Both the position numbers and the translations under genes were made by a program. 64,000 nucleotides of DNA from an uncultured Pseudomonadota bacterium (lineage in GTDB: Bacteria; Pseudomonadota; Gammaproteobacteria; Steroidobacterales; Steroidobacteraceae). Shown one piece after another: positions 44,165 to 53,634 of the stretch; position 1 is the stretch's first letter; every line of letters starts with the position of its first letter. The stretch is taken from positions 9,300-73,299 of the forward strand of contig CAVSGY010000007.1 of the NCBI GenBank assembly GCA_963727685.1. Direction: 5' to 3'. The notes under the pieces were generated by a model. The model saw only the letters and a program-made list of their open reading frames with translations, had not been told where the DNA came from and did no database searches.

Positions 44165-44755
44165 ATGGCGGGCCTGTCACTCAAGCTCATCGTCGGCCTC
44201 GGCAACCCGGGGCCGGAGCACGCCGAGACGCGTCACAACGCGGGCTTCTGGTGCGTCGACCGGCTGGCCGCGGCCGTCGGCGGCAGCATGCGCCCGCACG
44301 CGCGCTATCACGGCGAGGTCGGGCGCATCACAATCGACGGGCGCGAGCTGTGGCTGCTCAAGCCGACGACCTACATGAACCGCAGCGGCCTTGCCGTGCG
44401 GGCGCTGGCGGAGTACCTGCGGATCGCGCCGGACGAGACGCTGGTGGCGCACGACGAACTCGACCTGCCGGTGGGCGCCGTGCGCCTGAAGCTCGGCGGC
44501 GGCCCGGGCGGCCACAACGGTGTGCGCGACGTGATCACGCAGATCGGCGACGGCTTCTGGCGGCTGCGCTTCGGCATCGGGCACCCGGGGAACCGCCAGG
44601 AGGTCATCGACTACGTGCTCAGGCGCGCGCCGGCCGCCGAGCAGGTCCTGCTCGAGGACGCGATCGCCGCCGGCGCCGAGGCGATCCCGCGGCTGCTGGT
44701 CGAGGGCGCGGAGAAGGTCATGAACAGCCTGCACCGGCGCGCGCCGGCGGCCTAG
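44165..44755 (+). CDS. pth: Peptidyl-tRNA hydrolase
   Basis: ORF 44165..44755 is intact. [44 protein letters not shown]. Confidence 0.95.
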   Translation: MAGLSLKLIVGLGNPGPEHAETRHNAGFWCVDRLAAAVGGSMRPHARYHGEVGRITIDGRELWLLKPTTYMNRSGLAVRALAEYLRIAPDETLVAHDELDLPVGAVRLKLGGGPGGHNGVRDVITQIGDGFWRLRFGIGHPGNRQEVIDYVLRRAPAAEQVLLEDAIAAGAEAIPRLLVEGAEKVMNSLHRRAPAA

Positions 44756-44765
44756 GGAGTACGCG

Positions 44766-45863
44766 GTGGGGATCAAGTGCGGCATCGTCGGGCTGCCGAA
44801 CGTCGGCAAATCGACGCTCTTCAACGCGCTGACGCGCGCGCAGATCCCGGCCGAGAACTATCCGTTCTGCACCATCGACCCGAACGTCGGCGTCGTGCCG
44901 GTGCCGGATCCGCGGCTGGACGCGCTGTGGCAGATCGCGCACTCGGAGAAGATCCTGCCGACGACGGTCGAGTTCGTCGACATCGCCGGCATCGTCGCCG
45001 GCGCCTCGCAGGGCGAGGGGCTCGGCAACAAGTTCCTGGCGCACATCCGCGAGGTCGACGCGATCGCGCACGTCGTGCGCTGCTTCGAGCACGACGACAT
45101 CGTGCACGTCGCCGGCCGGGTCAACCCGCTCGACGACATCGAGATGATCAATACCGAGCTCGCGCTCGCCGACCTCGACACCGCGGAGAAGGGGCTGCAG
45201 CGGGCCGAGAAGGCCGCCAAGGCCCAGGACAAGGATGCGATCCGCGCGCGCGACGTGATCCAGCAAGGTACGCGATGCGCTCAACGACGGGCGGCCGGCG
45301 CGCTCGCTGGCGGCTCGACGAGCAGGAGCGCGTGATCGTGCGCGAGCTGCATCTGCTGACGATGAAGCCGGTGCTGTACGTCGCCAACGTCAACGAGGGC
45401 GGCTTCCACGACAACCCGCTGCTCGACGGTGGTCGAGAAGCTCGCCGCCGCCGAGGGCGCCCAGGTCGTGGCCGGTGTGCGCGGCGATCGAGGCCGAGAT
45501 CGCGCAGCTCGAGGATGCCGACCGGGCGGAGTTCCTCAAGGAACTCGGCCTCGATGAGCCGGGTCTCAACCGGGTGATCCGCGCCGCCTACGCCCTGCTC
45601 GGCCTGCAGACCTACTTCACGGTCGGGACCGAAGGAGGTCCGCGCCTGGACGGTCGCGCGCCGGCAGCACCGCGCCGCAGGCGGCCGGCGTCATCCATAC
45701 CGACTTCGAGCGGGGCTTCATCCGCGCCGAGGTCATCGGCTACGAGGACTACATCGCGTGCCGCGGCGAGGCCGGGGCGCGCGAGGCCGGCAAGATGCGC
45801 CTCGAGGGCAAGGACTACCTCGTCCGCGAAGGCGACGTGATGCACTTTCGGTTCAACGTCTGA
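44766..45863 (+). CDS. ychF: Ribosome-binding ATPase YchF. About three frame breaks.
   Basis: (M)[22 protein letters not shown] (P-loop)..[85 protein letters not shown], and the tail [36 protein letters not shown] ending at TGA 45861-45863. Confidence 0.9.
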
Positions 45864-45916
45864 CACGCTCGGGCACTACGCTCCGCGCCACGCGCGGGCC
45901 ACGATCGATGCGAGGA

Positions 45917-47914
45917 ATGCCTGTGAAGAACGCACTGTTAATCCGCGCCGCCGCGCTGCTGTGGCTCGCGACCCTCGCCGCCTGCGGCGGGCACGGCACG
46001 GCGAGCACCGTCGGCGTCGACGTCGGCGTGGTGCTGACCGCGCCCAGCGGTACGACGCTCGTCGAGGAGGGCAGCACCCTCGAAATCGATGCGGCCGTCA
46101 GCGGCGACGTGAACAACCAGGGCGTGATTTGGACGATCAGCGGCGTCGCCAGTCCGCCGCCCGCCAGCCAGACGAACTCCACCTACGTCTACCAGGCGCC
46201 CAGCGGCGTCGTCGGCGCCGCCTTCGTCACGCTCACCGCGGTCTCGGTCGCCGACAACACCAAGTACGCGTCGGTGACCATCACCGTCAACGGCACGCCG
46301 GCGATCCTGCCGGTGGTGGTGTTCCCGGCCAACCAGAACGTCGGCTACACGACCTACATCAGTGCCGCCGGCGGCACGGCGCCGTACGTCTGGAGCCTTA
46401 CGGCGGGCGCGCTGCCGCCCGGGCTGGCGTTCGACGGCAGCACCGCGGCGACGACCGCCATCACCGGCACCCCCACCACGCTCGGCACGTACTCGTTCAC
46501 GGTCACGCTGACTGACGCCCTTGGCCTGACCGCCACGACCACGGTCAACATGACGGTGAACCCGCCGACCGCCTGCCTGCTGCAGGGCCAGTACGCCTAC
46601 ATGCTCACCGGCTTTGCCAACTACCGGCCGGTGACCCGCGCCGGCAGCTTCAGCGTCAACACCACCGGCATCCTGACCGGCATCTTCGACCTCAAGGACT
46701 CGACCGGTACCTGGCCCGCCAATCCGATCACGGTCGGCAGCTGCCTGACGGTGACCCAGAACCGCGGCCAGCTGCACATGGAATCGACGGTCGCCAACTT
46801 CGAGGGCTTCGACTTCGCGACCAACGCGGCGCTCGCGGGCGGCTACATGGAGCAGGACGACGGCACGGGCCTGCTCGAGGACGGGCAGTTCCTGCAGCAG
46901 AACCCGGCGGCGTTCAACACTGCGGCGCTCGCCGGCGACTGGGTGTTCGGCGTGGCCGGTGACGACGGCGCCAATCACCGACTGGTGATCGTCGGACGGC
47001 TGAGCCTCGACGCGAATGGCGTGATCTCGAACGCCTCGGTCGACAGCAACGCGGCGACGCCCGCCATCGCCGCCGCGATGACCGGCACGCTCTCGGCGCC
47101 GGACACGAACGGCCGCGGCACGACCACGTTGACGATCGGTGCGCAGACGCTGCCGGTCGCCTTTTACGTCGTCGACCAGAACACGGTGTTCGTCGCGACC
47201 AGCGACTCATCGACCTCCACGCCGCGGATCGCCGGGCGCATGACGCGCCAGACCGGCGCCGGCACGCTCGATGCGACCGCACTGGCCAACCCGGCCATTC
47301 TGAGCATGTGGGGCTCGACGCAGGTCGGCGGCTATCCGGCCTCGACCATGACCGCCGGGCGGCTGTCGGCGGCTTCCGGCGGGACCGTCACGGTCGAGCT
47401 CGACACCGCCGATCGCGGCGCGCAGGAAGTAAACCAGATCTACACGGGCCAGGCGTACACGGTGACGGCGAACGGCCGGGGCACGCTCGCGATCGCCTCC
47501 GGCGGCACGGCGGTTCGCAACTTTGTGCTGTACGCCGACGGCGCGGGCGGTGGCTACCTGATCGAGCCCGCGAGCACGATGGGCAACTTCGGCATTCTCG
47601 ATCCGCAGACGGGCGGGCCGCCGTTCAGCGACTTCTCGACCGCCTACTACCTGGGCGCCTCGATGTACGCCGGCGCCACCTCGCCGATCACGCTCGCGCC
47701 GCAGCTACTGTTCCAGGCCGGGTCGATCGGCGGCAACCTGACCGGCAGCTACGCACTCGATCCGACGACCGGGCGCATGGTTGCGGCGGTGTCGCGCACG
47801 ATACTCGGCGGCAGTGACCTCGTGATCTACATCGTCTCGCCGACCAAGCTCGTGACGCTGGGCGATAGCCTCAACATATCGAACAGCACGCTCGCCTGGT
47901 TCAATACCTACTGA
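45917..47914 (+). CDS. Large lipoprotein of unknown function: two Ig-like domains followed by about four tandem copies of a roughly 110-aa beta-rich module
   Basis: Inside ORF 45758..47914, single frame. MPVKNALLIRAAALLWLATLAACGG (lipobox). A Big-like segment (..GSTLEIDAAVSGDVNNQGVIWTISG..ASVTITVNG). A He_PIG-type putative Ig segment (TAPYVWSLTAGALPPGLAFDGSTAATTAITGTPTTLGTYSFTVTLTD). Then a recurring pattern: G.Y....G...G.....G.....NGRGT. Alternative starts at 45908 and 45923. Confidence 0.7.
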   Translation: MPVKNALLIRAAALLWLATLAACGGHGTASTVGVDVGVVLTAPSGTTLVEEGSTLEIDAAVSGDVNNQGVIWTISGVASPPPASQTNSTYVYQAPSGVVGAAFVTLTAVSVADNTKYASVTITVNGTPAILPVVVFPANQNVGYTTYISAAGGTAPYVWSLTAGALPPGLAFDGSTAATTAITGTPTTLGTYSFTVTLTDALGLTATTTVNMTVNPPTACLLQGQYAYMLTGFANYRPVTRAGSFSVNTTGILTGIFDLKDSTGTWPANPITVGSCLTVTQNRGQLHMESTVANFEGFDFATNAALAGGYMEQDDGTGLLEDGQFLQQNPAAFNTAALAGDWVFGVAGDDGANHRLVIVGRLSLDANGVISNASVDSNAATPAIAAAMTGTLSAPDTNGRGTTTLTIGAQTLPVAFYVVDQNTVFVATSDSSTSTPRIAGRMTRQTGAGTLDATALANPAILSMWGSTQVGGYPASTMTAGRLSAASGGTVTVELDTADRGAQEVNQIYTGQAYTVTANGRGTLAIASGGTAVRNFVLYADGAGGGYLIEPASTMGNFGILDPQTGGPPFSDFSTAYYLGASMYAGATSPITLAPQLLFQAGSIGGNLTGSYALDPTTGRMVAAVSRTILGGSDLVIYIVSPTKLVTLGDSLNISNSTLAWFNTY

Positions 47915-47997
47915 GGCTGGCCGGTGCGCCTTGACGAGCGCGGCCGGCCTGCACAGAATTCGCGTCCCTTTCGACGGCCGCACGGGCGGCCCCGCGT

Positions 47998-48074
47998 GGC
48001 TAGGTAGCTCAGACGGTTAGAGCACGGGATTCATAACCCCGGGGTCGGGGGTTCGATTCCCCCCCTAGCCACCA
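47998..48074 (+). tRNA. tRNA-Met (anticodon CAU; elongator type; tRNA-Ile2(k2C) not formally excluded)
   Basis: ggctaggtagctcagacggttagagcacgggattcataaccccggggtcgggggttcgattccccccctagccacca. The acceptor stem ggctagg/cctagcc is close to E. coli metT. Anticodon loop ttCATaa. One A-C mismatch at 31:39. Encoded CCA. Confidence 0.85.
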
Positions 48075-48075
48075 T
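48066..48075 (+). repeat. Direct repeat copy 1 (TAGCCACCAT; tRNA-Met 3' end; putative attL core)
   Basis: Exact 10-mer shared with 55204-55213. Confidence 0.3.
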
Positions 48076-48155
48076 TTATTCAAAGAAAAACAGGCACTTG
48101 TCATCGTTCGGTCGGCCGGCAAGTGCTGGCCATTGCGGTTTAGTACTGGCTCGGG

Positions 48156-48647
48156 CTACCGAACGAGCGCGTCCGCCATGCTCAGGACGACCGGCTGAGC
48201 CTCGGCACTCTCAGCGATATAGCGTTGAGCTGTCGGAACTCTCCTGTGCCGCGCAATCGTCTGTACGCCAGTCGGGAAACCGAAGCGCCGTATGACGTGC
48301 CGCCCGCCTTCCGCTAGCAGCAAGGCTGGGCGCGGCGTTCACCTGCGCGTTGCTCAGGCCGGCGGCTGAACCTCTCCGGTTCTGCTCGTGGGTTTTCCTG
48401 CTCGCTGCAAAATCCTCACGTGGCGGGATCTTGTCCTAGCCTGTTAACCAGCGTCGAGAATCGCGCAGCGTCCGGCGTCCAACTTTGACCAACCGGGAAC
48501 ACAGCAAGCTCGAAGTTCTCATCGGCGATTCCTTCTCGAGCCCTGGTCAGGCTTGGACGCCTGTTTAAGCGCGAGTCCTGGTCGAGCGTCAGCGCCGTTC
48601 GCAGTCAAGACCGCTCGCTGCGTGAGTTGAGCGAGGTGGCGTTTCTA
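48156..48647 (-). pseudogene. Tyrosine recombinase (phage-type integrase) remnant: catalytic domain only, with four in-frame stops
   Basis: One minus frame reads KRHLAQLTQRAVLTANGADARPGLALKQASKPDQGSRRNRR*ELRACCVPGWSKLDAGRCAILDAG*QARTRSRHVRILQRAGKPTSRTGEVQPPA*ATRR*TPRPALLLAEGGRHVIRRFGFPTGVQTIARHRRVPTAQRYIAES..*. By eye this matches TG.R..EL..L.WsDlD...g.i.i (box I), KT..sR.VpL, (H).lR(H)T.a..Ll.aG (box II, with a stop where the His is expected), and vq..lGH.sv.tT.rY (catalytic Tyr). Confidence 0.55.
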
Positions 48648-48834
48648 TCAGAAAGCGCCGGCACCGTGACATGTCGACGTGCAACTACGACGCATTTGCG
48701 TTGAGGGATCGTCGTGCATGGACGGAAGCGATACGCAGAGACGCAGATCACACGCGGGCGCGGCCGGCTCTCTTATCATTATTTTTTCCGCGTTAAACAG
48801 CCGCGCGCCCCGGCGGGGCCGCCGGAGCGACAAG

Positions 48835-51465
48835 ATGAACCCCAACCGACAATTAGTGCAATCGCGTTCAGTCCCACCAGCCGATGCCGCGGGCGCGAAG
48901 CGTGCGCTCGCGCTCCTGCCGCTCGCCTCGGCGATCTCGGCGGTGTTGGCGGCCGTGCCGATGGCCCAGGCCCAGCAGGTGGAGGGCTCGACCGGCCTCG
49001 AGGAGGTCGTCGTGACCGCGCAGAAGCGCACCGAGAACATGCAGACTGTGCCGATCTCGATCGTCGCGCTCGGCACGGAGAAGCTCGAGGAGCTGAACAT
49101 CGGCAACCTCGACGAGTACGTCAAGTACCTTCCCAGCGTGTCCTACAGCCGTGGCCAGGGGCAGGGCAGCAACGGCCAGCCGGGCGCGTCGCACGTCTAC
49201 ATGCGCGGCGTCGTCAGCGGTGCCAGCGAGAACCATTCGGGCTCGCAGCCGAGCGTCGGCATGTACCTCGACGAACAGCCGGTGACGACCATCGACGGCA
49301 CGGTCGACGTCCACGTCTACGACATCGCCCGCGTCGAGGTCCTCGAGGGACCGCAGGGCACGTTGTACGGGGCGAGCTCCGAGGCAGGCACGATCCGCAT
49401 CATCACGAACAAGCCGGACCCGACGAAATTTGCGGCCGGCTACGACCTGTCGCTCAACAACGTCTATCACGGTGGCGTCGGCTACAGCGCCGAGGGCTTC
49501 GTCAACCTGCCGCTGTCGCCGATCGCGGCGATCCGCATCGTCGCCTGGGACGAGCACGCGGCCGGATTCATCAGCAACATCGCCGGCACGAACCTGGCGG
49601 CCGGCATCGTCAACGGCCAGCGCTACTTCCCCACCTGGTGCGCGGCCAACAATCCCGGCGTCACCACCGCCACAGCCTCGAATGCCAACTGCCCGGTCGG
49701 CGCGGGCTCGATTAGCAACGTCGGCTACACCCAGAACGACTACAACACCGCCGACACGCAGGGCGCGCGCGCGGCGATGAAGATCAATCTCGGCGACAAC
49801 TGGACCGTGACGCCGACGGTGATGGGTCAGTCGATGACCACCGACGGCTTCTTCGGCTACGACCCGGCGGTCGGCGACCTGTCGCTCGTGCACTTCGGTC
49901 CCGAGAACTCGCAGGACTCCTGGGTGCAGAGCGCACTGACGGTCGAGGGCAAGTTCTCGGACTTCGACCTCGTCTATGCGGGCGCCTACATGAAGCGCGA
50001 CACGCACTCCATCGCCGACTACAGCGACTACTCGTTCTTCTACGACACCCTGTACGGATCGGGCGCCAACTGGCGCGGCAACTCGACGACGTCGAACCCG
50101 ACCGGCGGGGCGCCGATCGACCCGCAGCAGCTGCTCTACTTCAAGGGCTATTTCGAAAAGTGGAGTCACGAGGTGCGGCTCAGCACGCCGCAGGACGAGC
50201 CGGTCAAGGGCACGATCGGCCTGTTCATGGAGCGCCAGCTGCACGACATCTGGCAGCAGTTTTTCATGCCGGGCTACGGCTTCAGCGATCCGTTCATCAA
50301 CAACGCGAACGGCTTCGCGAACTACCTGTCGGTCCCGGGCCAGAACAACACGCTCTGGCTCACCGACGAGCAGCGGGTTGACCGCGACCAGGCGGCGTTC
50401 GCCCAGGTCACGTGGGACATCACCCAGCAGTGGGCGTTGACCGGCGGCTTCCGGTACTTCAAGTACGACAACTCGCTCGAAGGCTTCTACGGCTTTTCCG
50501 CCAACTACGACACGCTGGCCGGATACGGCACCGGCATGGCCAAATGCTTCGCGGGCCCCATGATCAGTGCCGACCCCTGCACGAACCTCGACAAGGAGGT
50601 CAAGGACTCCGGCAGCGTGCCGCGCGTCAACTTGACCTACAAGTTGACGCCCGACAGGCTCCTGTACGCGACCTACTCGAAGGGCTTCCGCCCGGGCGGC
50701 ATCAACCGTAGCGGCAACATCGGCCCGTACCAGGCCGACTACCTGAAGAACTACGAGATCGGCTGGAAGACGCAATGGCTCAACCACCACCTGCGCTGGA
50801 ACGGCGCGCTGTTCTGGGAGGACTGGAATAACTTCCAGTTCTCGTTCCTCGGCCCCAACAGCTTCACGATCATCGACAACGGCGGCGACGCGCGCATCAA
50901 GGGCATCGAGTCCGAGCTCGAGTGGGCGGTCGACGGCGGCCTCGTGCTGTCGTGGAACATCACGATGATGGATCCGCGCCTGACGTCGAACTACTGCGGC
51001 GAGACCAATGCGGCGGGCCAGGCCATCACGACGAACCCGTGCCCGGTACTGGACGCCAGTAACAATCCGGTCCCGGGCGAGTTCTACGCGCCGAAGGCAC
51101 CGGCCGGCGCGAACCTGCCGATCGTGCCGAAGGTCAAGACCAATGCAGTGGCGCGCTACGGCTGGCCGGTCGGCGACTGGGATGGGAACCTGCAGGCGGC
51201 GTACGTCTACCAGACTGAGACCGCCCCCGCGCTCAAGACGGCGGACCAGGCGGTCATCGGCATGCAGCCGGCGTACGGCATGCTGGACCTGTCGGGCGGC
51301 ATCGCCAAGGACCGCACGACATGGACGCTGTTCGTCAGCAACGCGACCGACAAGCGGGCGGAGCTGAGCCGCTTCGTGCAGTGCAAGGTCGGCGTGTGCA
51401 CGCAGCCGTACGTCATCCCGTCGCAGCCCCGCACCGTTGGGCTCAAGTTCGGCCAGAAGTTCTAA
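48835..51465 (+). CDS. TonB-dependent outer-membrane receptor
   Basis: GGAG RBS then the ATG at 48835. Signal peptide ..LLPLASAISAVLAAVPMAQAQQ. Plug: LEEVVVTAQKRTENMQTVPISIVAL..PGASHVYMRGV..VGMYLDEQPV..IARVEVLEGPQGTLYGASSEAGTIRIITNKP. Barrel with the C-terminal ..PRTVGLKFGQKF (terminal Phe). Single frame of about 876 aa inside ORF 48679..51465. Confidence 0.9.
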   Translation: MNPNRQLVQSRSVPPADAAGAKRALALLPLASAISAVLAAVPMAQAQQVEGSTGLEEVVVTAQKRTENMQTVPISIVALGTEKLEELNIGNLDEYVKYLPSVSYSRGQGQGSNGQPGASHVYMRGVVSGASENHSGSQPSVGMYLDEQPVTTIDGTVDVHVYDIARVEVLEGPQGTLYGASSEAGTIRIITNKPDPTKFAAGYDLSLNNVYHGGVGYSAEGFVNLPLSPIAAIRIVAWDEHAAGFISNIAGTNLAAGIVNGQRYFPTWCAANNPGVTTATASNANCPVGAGSISNVGYTQNDYNTADTQGARAAMKINLGDNWTVTPTVMGQSMTTDGFFGYDPAVGDLSLVHFGPENSQDSWVQSALTVEGKFSDFDLVYAGAYMKRDTHSIADYSDYSFFYDTLYGSGANWRGNSTTSNPTGGAPIDPQQLLYFKGYFEKWSHEVRLSTPQDEPVKGTIGLFMERQLHDIWQQFFMPGYGFSDPFINNANGFANYLSVPGQNNTLWLTDEQRVDRDQAAFAQVTWDITQQWALTGGFRYFKYDNSLEGFYGFSANYDTLAGYGTGMAKCFAGPMISADPCTNLDKEVKDSGSVPRVNLTYKLTPDRLLYATYSKGFRPGGINRSGNIGPYQADYLKNYEIGWKTQWLNHHLRWNGALFWEDWNNFQFSFLGPNSFTIIDNGGDARIKGIESELEWAVDGGLVLSWNITMMDPRLTSNYCGETNAAGQAITTNPCPVLDASNNPVPGEFYAPKAPAGANLPIVPKVKTNAVARYGWPVGDWDGNLQAAYVYQTETAPALKTADQAVIGMQPAYGMLDLSGGIAKDRTTWTLFVSNATDKRAELSRFVQCKVGVCTQPYVIPSQPRTVGLKFGQKF

Positions 51466-51948
51466 GATCGTTCCCGCATGCAAGCACGCGCGGGTTGTGC
51501 CGCGCTGCGGTGTGAGTCTGGTGGCACGCGCTTATTCCGATGCCGAACCGATGCGCGAGGACGTCGCTGCGATGGGTCGTGCTGATAGCCGCGGGTTCGT
51601 TACTGTATGTCATCGGTCCATCGCGAGGCTGCCTCGATCAAGTGTCGGCGATCAGCGCGCGGGTGGCTGCGGAGAACTTTCGGGGGTTCCCCTGTTTGGG
51701 CTCGCGCGCCGTCGGGCCCTGCTGGGCGATATCTCAGATGCAGGCGGCAAGCTCGCGCGCGATCGCGGCGCTGGTCTTGTTGCGATGAGCATCTCTGGCT
51801 CGCAGCCACTGGAGGCGCTGCAGAGCCTGAGTTGGGCGCCGTCGGGATCATTTGCGGACTTAGGTATGCTAGCGTCTAGTCGCAGGTCTCGAGGAACTCG
51901 GCGCGGCCGCGCGCCCCGCACAGGTCGCAATACATCGGCCGCCTGCAT

Positions 51949-53499
51949 TTGCATCCAGCGGGCTCGGTCGGAGCCGAGCGGGCGGCGGGCGGCCGCGCCG
52001 CCGTACGCAATACGTCCCGACAGAATTCCAAAGACAGCGCTCGGCGCATAACGCGAGCAGCGGAGGCCGGCATCGTCACGACATCCCGTGGGGCAGCCCT
52101 CGAAGCCCCGAACGCCGTCACCCCGGCATCCGAGCCCCGGTTCCTCGGTCATCCGCGCGGGATTGTGGTGATCGGTGGCACCGAGCTGTGGGACCGGATC
52201 TCGTTCCACGGCATGCAGGCGCTGCTCGTGCTGTACATGGTGGAACAGCTGCTGGTTCCCGGGCACATCGAGCATATCGCGGGGTTTGCGCGCTTTCGCG
52301 CGGTCATAGAGTCCGTGACCGGCCCGCTGTCGGTCCAGGCGTTGGCGTCGCAGATCTTCGGGTTGTACGTCGGCTTCGTCTACTTGATGCCAATCGTTGG
52401 CGGCGCACTCGGCGACCGGGTGCTCGGCCGGCGGCGCGCCGTGCTGCTCGGGGCCCTGCTGATGACCGCGGGCCACTTCTGCATGGCCTTCGAGCGGCCC
52501 TTCCTGCTGGCGCTGCTGCTGATCGTGCTCGGCGCGGGTCTGTTGCGCGGCAATCTGATCTCGCAGCTCGGCGATCTCTACACGAAGGACGATCACCGGC
52601 GCGAATCGGGTTTCCAGATCTACTACAGCCTGCTGAACGCCGGCGCGTTTGTCGCGCCACTCATCACCGGAGGCCTTGCGTCGGCTTTCGGTTGGGACTA
52701 CGGCTTCGGCTTTGCCGGCCTCGGCATGCTGCTCGGCTGCGTGATCTACAGCGCCGGCGGGCGGCACCTGCCGGCTGACCTGCCGCGCCCAACAACCGCT
52801 TCGCCGCCGCTCGACGCCGGCGGTCGTCGAGTCGTCACCTGCCTCGTGCTGATGCTGCCGCTGCTCGTGACGTTCTGGGTCGCACAGGCGCAAATCTGGA
52901 ACACCTACAACCTCTGGGCCCGCGACCACCTGGACCTCGTCGTGGCCGGCTGGAAAGTGCCGGTACCGTGGTTGCAGTCGATCGACTCGCTGGCCGTGAT
53001 CGTGCTGGTCCCGCCGCTCCTGCGGTTCTGGCACTGGCAGGATGCCCGCGGCTCTGAGCCCGACGACTTGGCGAAGATGGGCATCGGTTGCCTATTGTTC
53101 GCCGTCGCCCTGGTCTGGCTCGCGATGGCCCAGTTCGTCGTGCGCACCGGCCACGCCGTGCCACTGCCGTGGGCGATCGCCTACCATTTTCTGTCCGGTC
53201 CCGGCTACATCTATTTCGCGCCGACCGCGATCGCACTTTACTCGCGCGCGGCGCCGGCCGCGGTCAACGCGATGATGGTGGGCGTCTACTTCCTCGCGAT
53301 GTTCGCCGGCAGCCTGATCAGCGGCCGGCTCGGCGGCTTGTACGAGCGCTTGTCGGCAGCCGACTTCTGGCTCCTGCACGCGGCGATCATCGGCAGCGGC
53401 GGCGCGCTCGTGCTGCTGCTCGCGCCGCGCCTGAGACGCGAGCTGGGGATGCCGGCCGCGAATGCGGCCGTGCCACGACGGCAGCGTCTGCGCCAATGA
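51949..53499 (+). CDS. POT/PTR2 family proton-dependent oligopeptide transporter (MFS). Start codon unresolved.
   Basis: ORF 51949..53499. ..RFLGHPRGIVVIGGTELWDRISFHGMQALLVLYM.., GGALGDRVLGRRRAVLLGALLMTAGH, FQIYYSLLNAGAFVAPLI, and about 12-14 hydrophobic spans. The only in-frame ATG/GTG/TTG upstream of the conserved FLGHPRG block is the TTG at 51949, which gives a 66-aa extension. Confidence 0.85.
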   Translation: MHPAGSVGAERAAGGRAAVRNTSRQNSKDSARRITRAAEAGIVTTSRGAALEAPNAVTPASEPRFLGHPRGIVVIGGTELWDRISFHGMQALLVLYMVEQLLVPGHIEHIAGFARFRAVIESVTGPLSVQALASQIFGLYVGFVYLMPIVGGALGDRVLGRRRAVLLGALLMTAGHFCMAFERPFLLALLLIVLGAGLLRGNLISQLGDLYTKDDHRRESGFQIYYSLLNAGAFVAPLITGGLASAFGWDYGFGFAGLGMLLGCVIYSAGGRHLPADLPRPTTASPPLDAGGRRVVTCLVLMLPLLVTFWVAQAQIWNTYNLWARDHLDLVVAGWKVPVPWLQSIDSLAVIVLVPPLLRFWHWQDARGSEPDDLAKMGIGCLLFAVALVWLAMAQFVVRTGHAVPLPWAIAYHFLSGPGYIYFAPTAIALYSRAAPAAVNAMMVGVYFLAMFAGSLISGRLGGLYERLSAADFWLLHAAIIGSGGALVLLLAPRLRRELGMPAANAAVPRRQRLRQ

Positions 53500-53634
53500 G
53501 GCCGCGCGGCCACGATCGTCGGCCCGCGGCGCTCGACGCGGATCGCAGGGCAACCGTGGTTGCCACACGGCGAGCGGCGGCAGCTTGCGCTGACCGCGAG
53601 TTCTCCGGCGGTCATCCGGATTAGCGAGGCGGCC

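Noticed and set aside
48156-48647. In-frame TGA codons in the integrase remnant considered as Sec codons, because selC is nearby
   Set aside because: A TAA is also present. One TGA replaces the conserved box II His. No SECIS-like hairpin follows. The gene lacks its N-terminal half.
48868-51483. 871-aa minus-strand ORF opposite the TonB-dependent receptor
   Set aside because: Antisense shadow of a gene with an unambiguous plug, barrel and terminal Phe. The translation is low-complexity and rich in R, V, D and A.
51876-52121. 81-codon minus-strand ORF ending in CKCRRPMYCDLCG (zinc-ribbon-like)
   Set aside because: It overlaps the 5' region of the POT gene, has no RBS, and only the last ~25 residues look protein-like. 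It is mentioned in the debris finding but not called.
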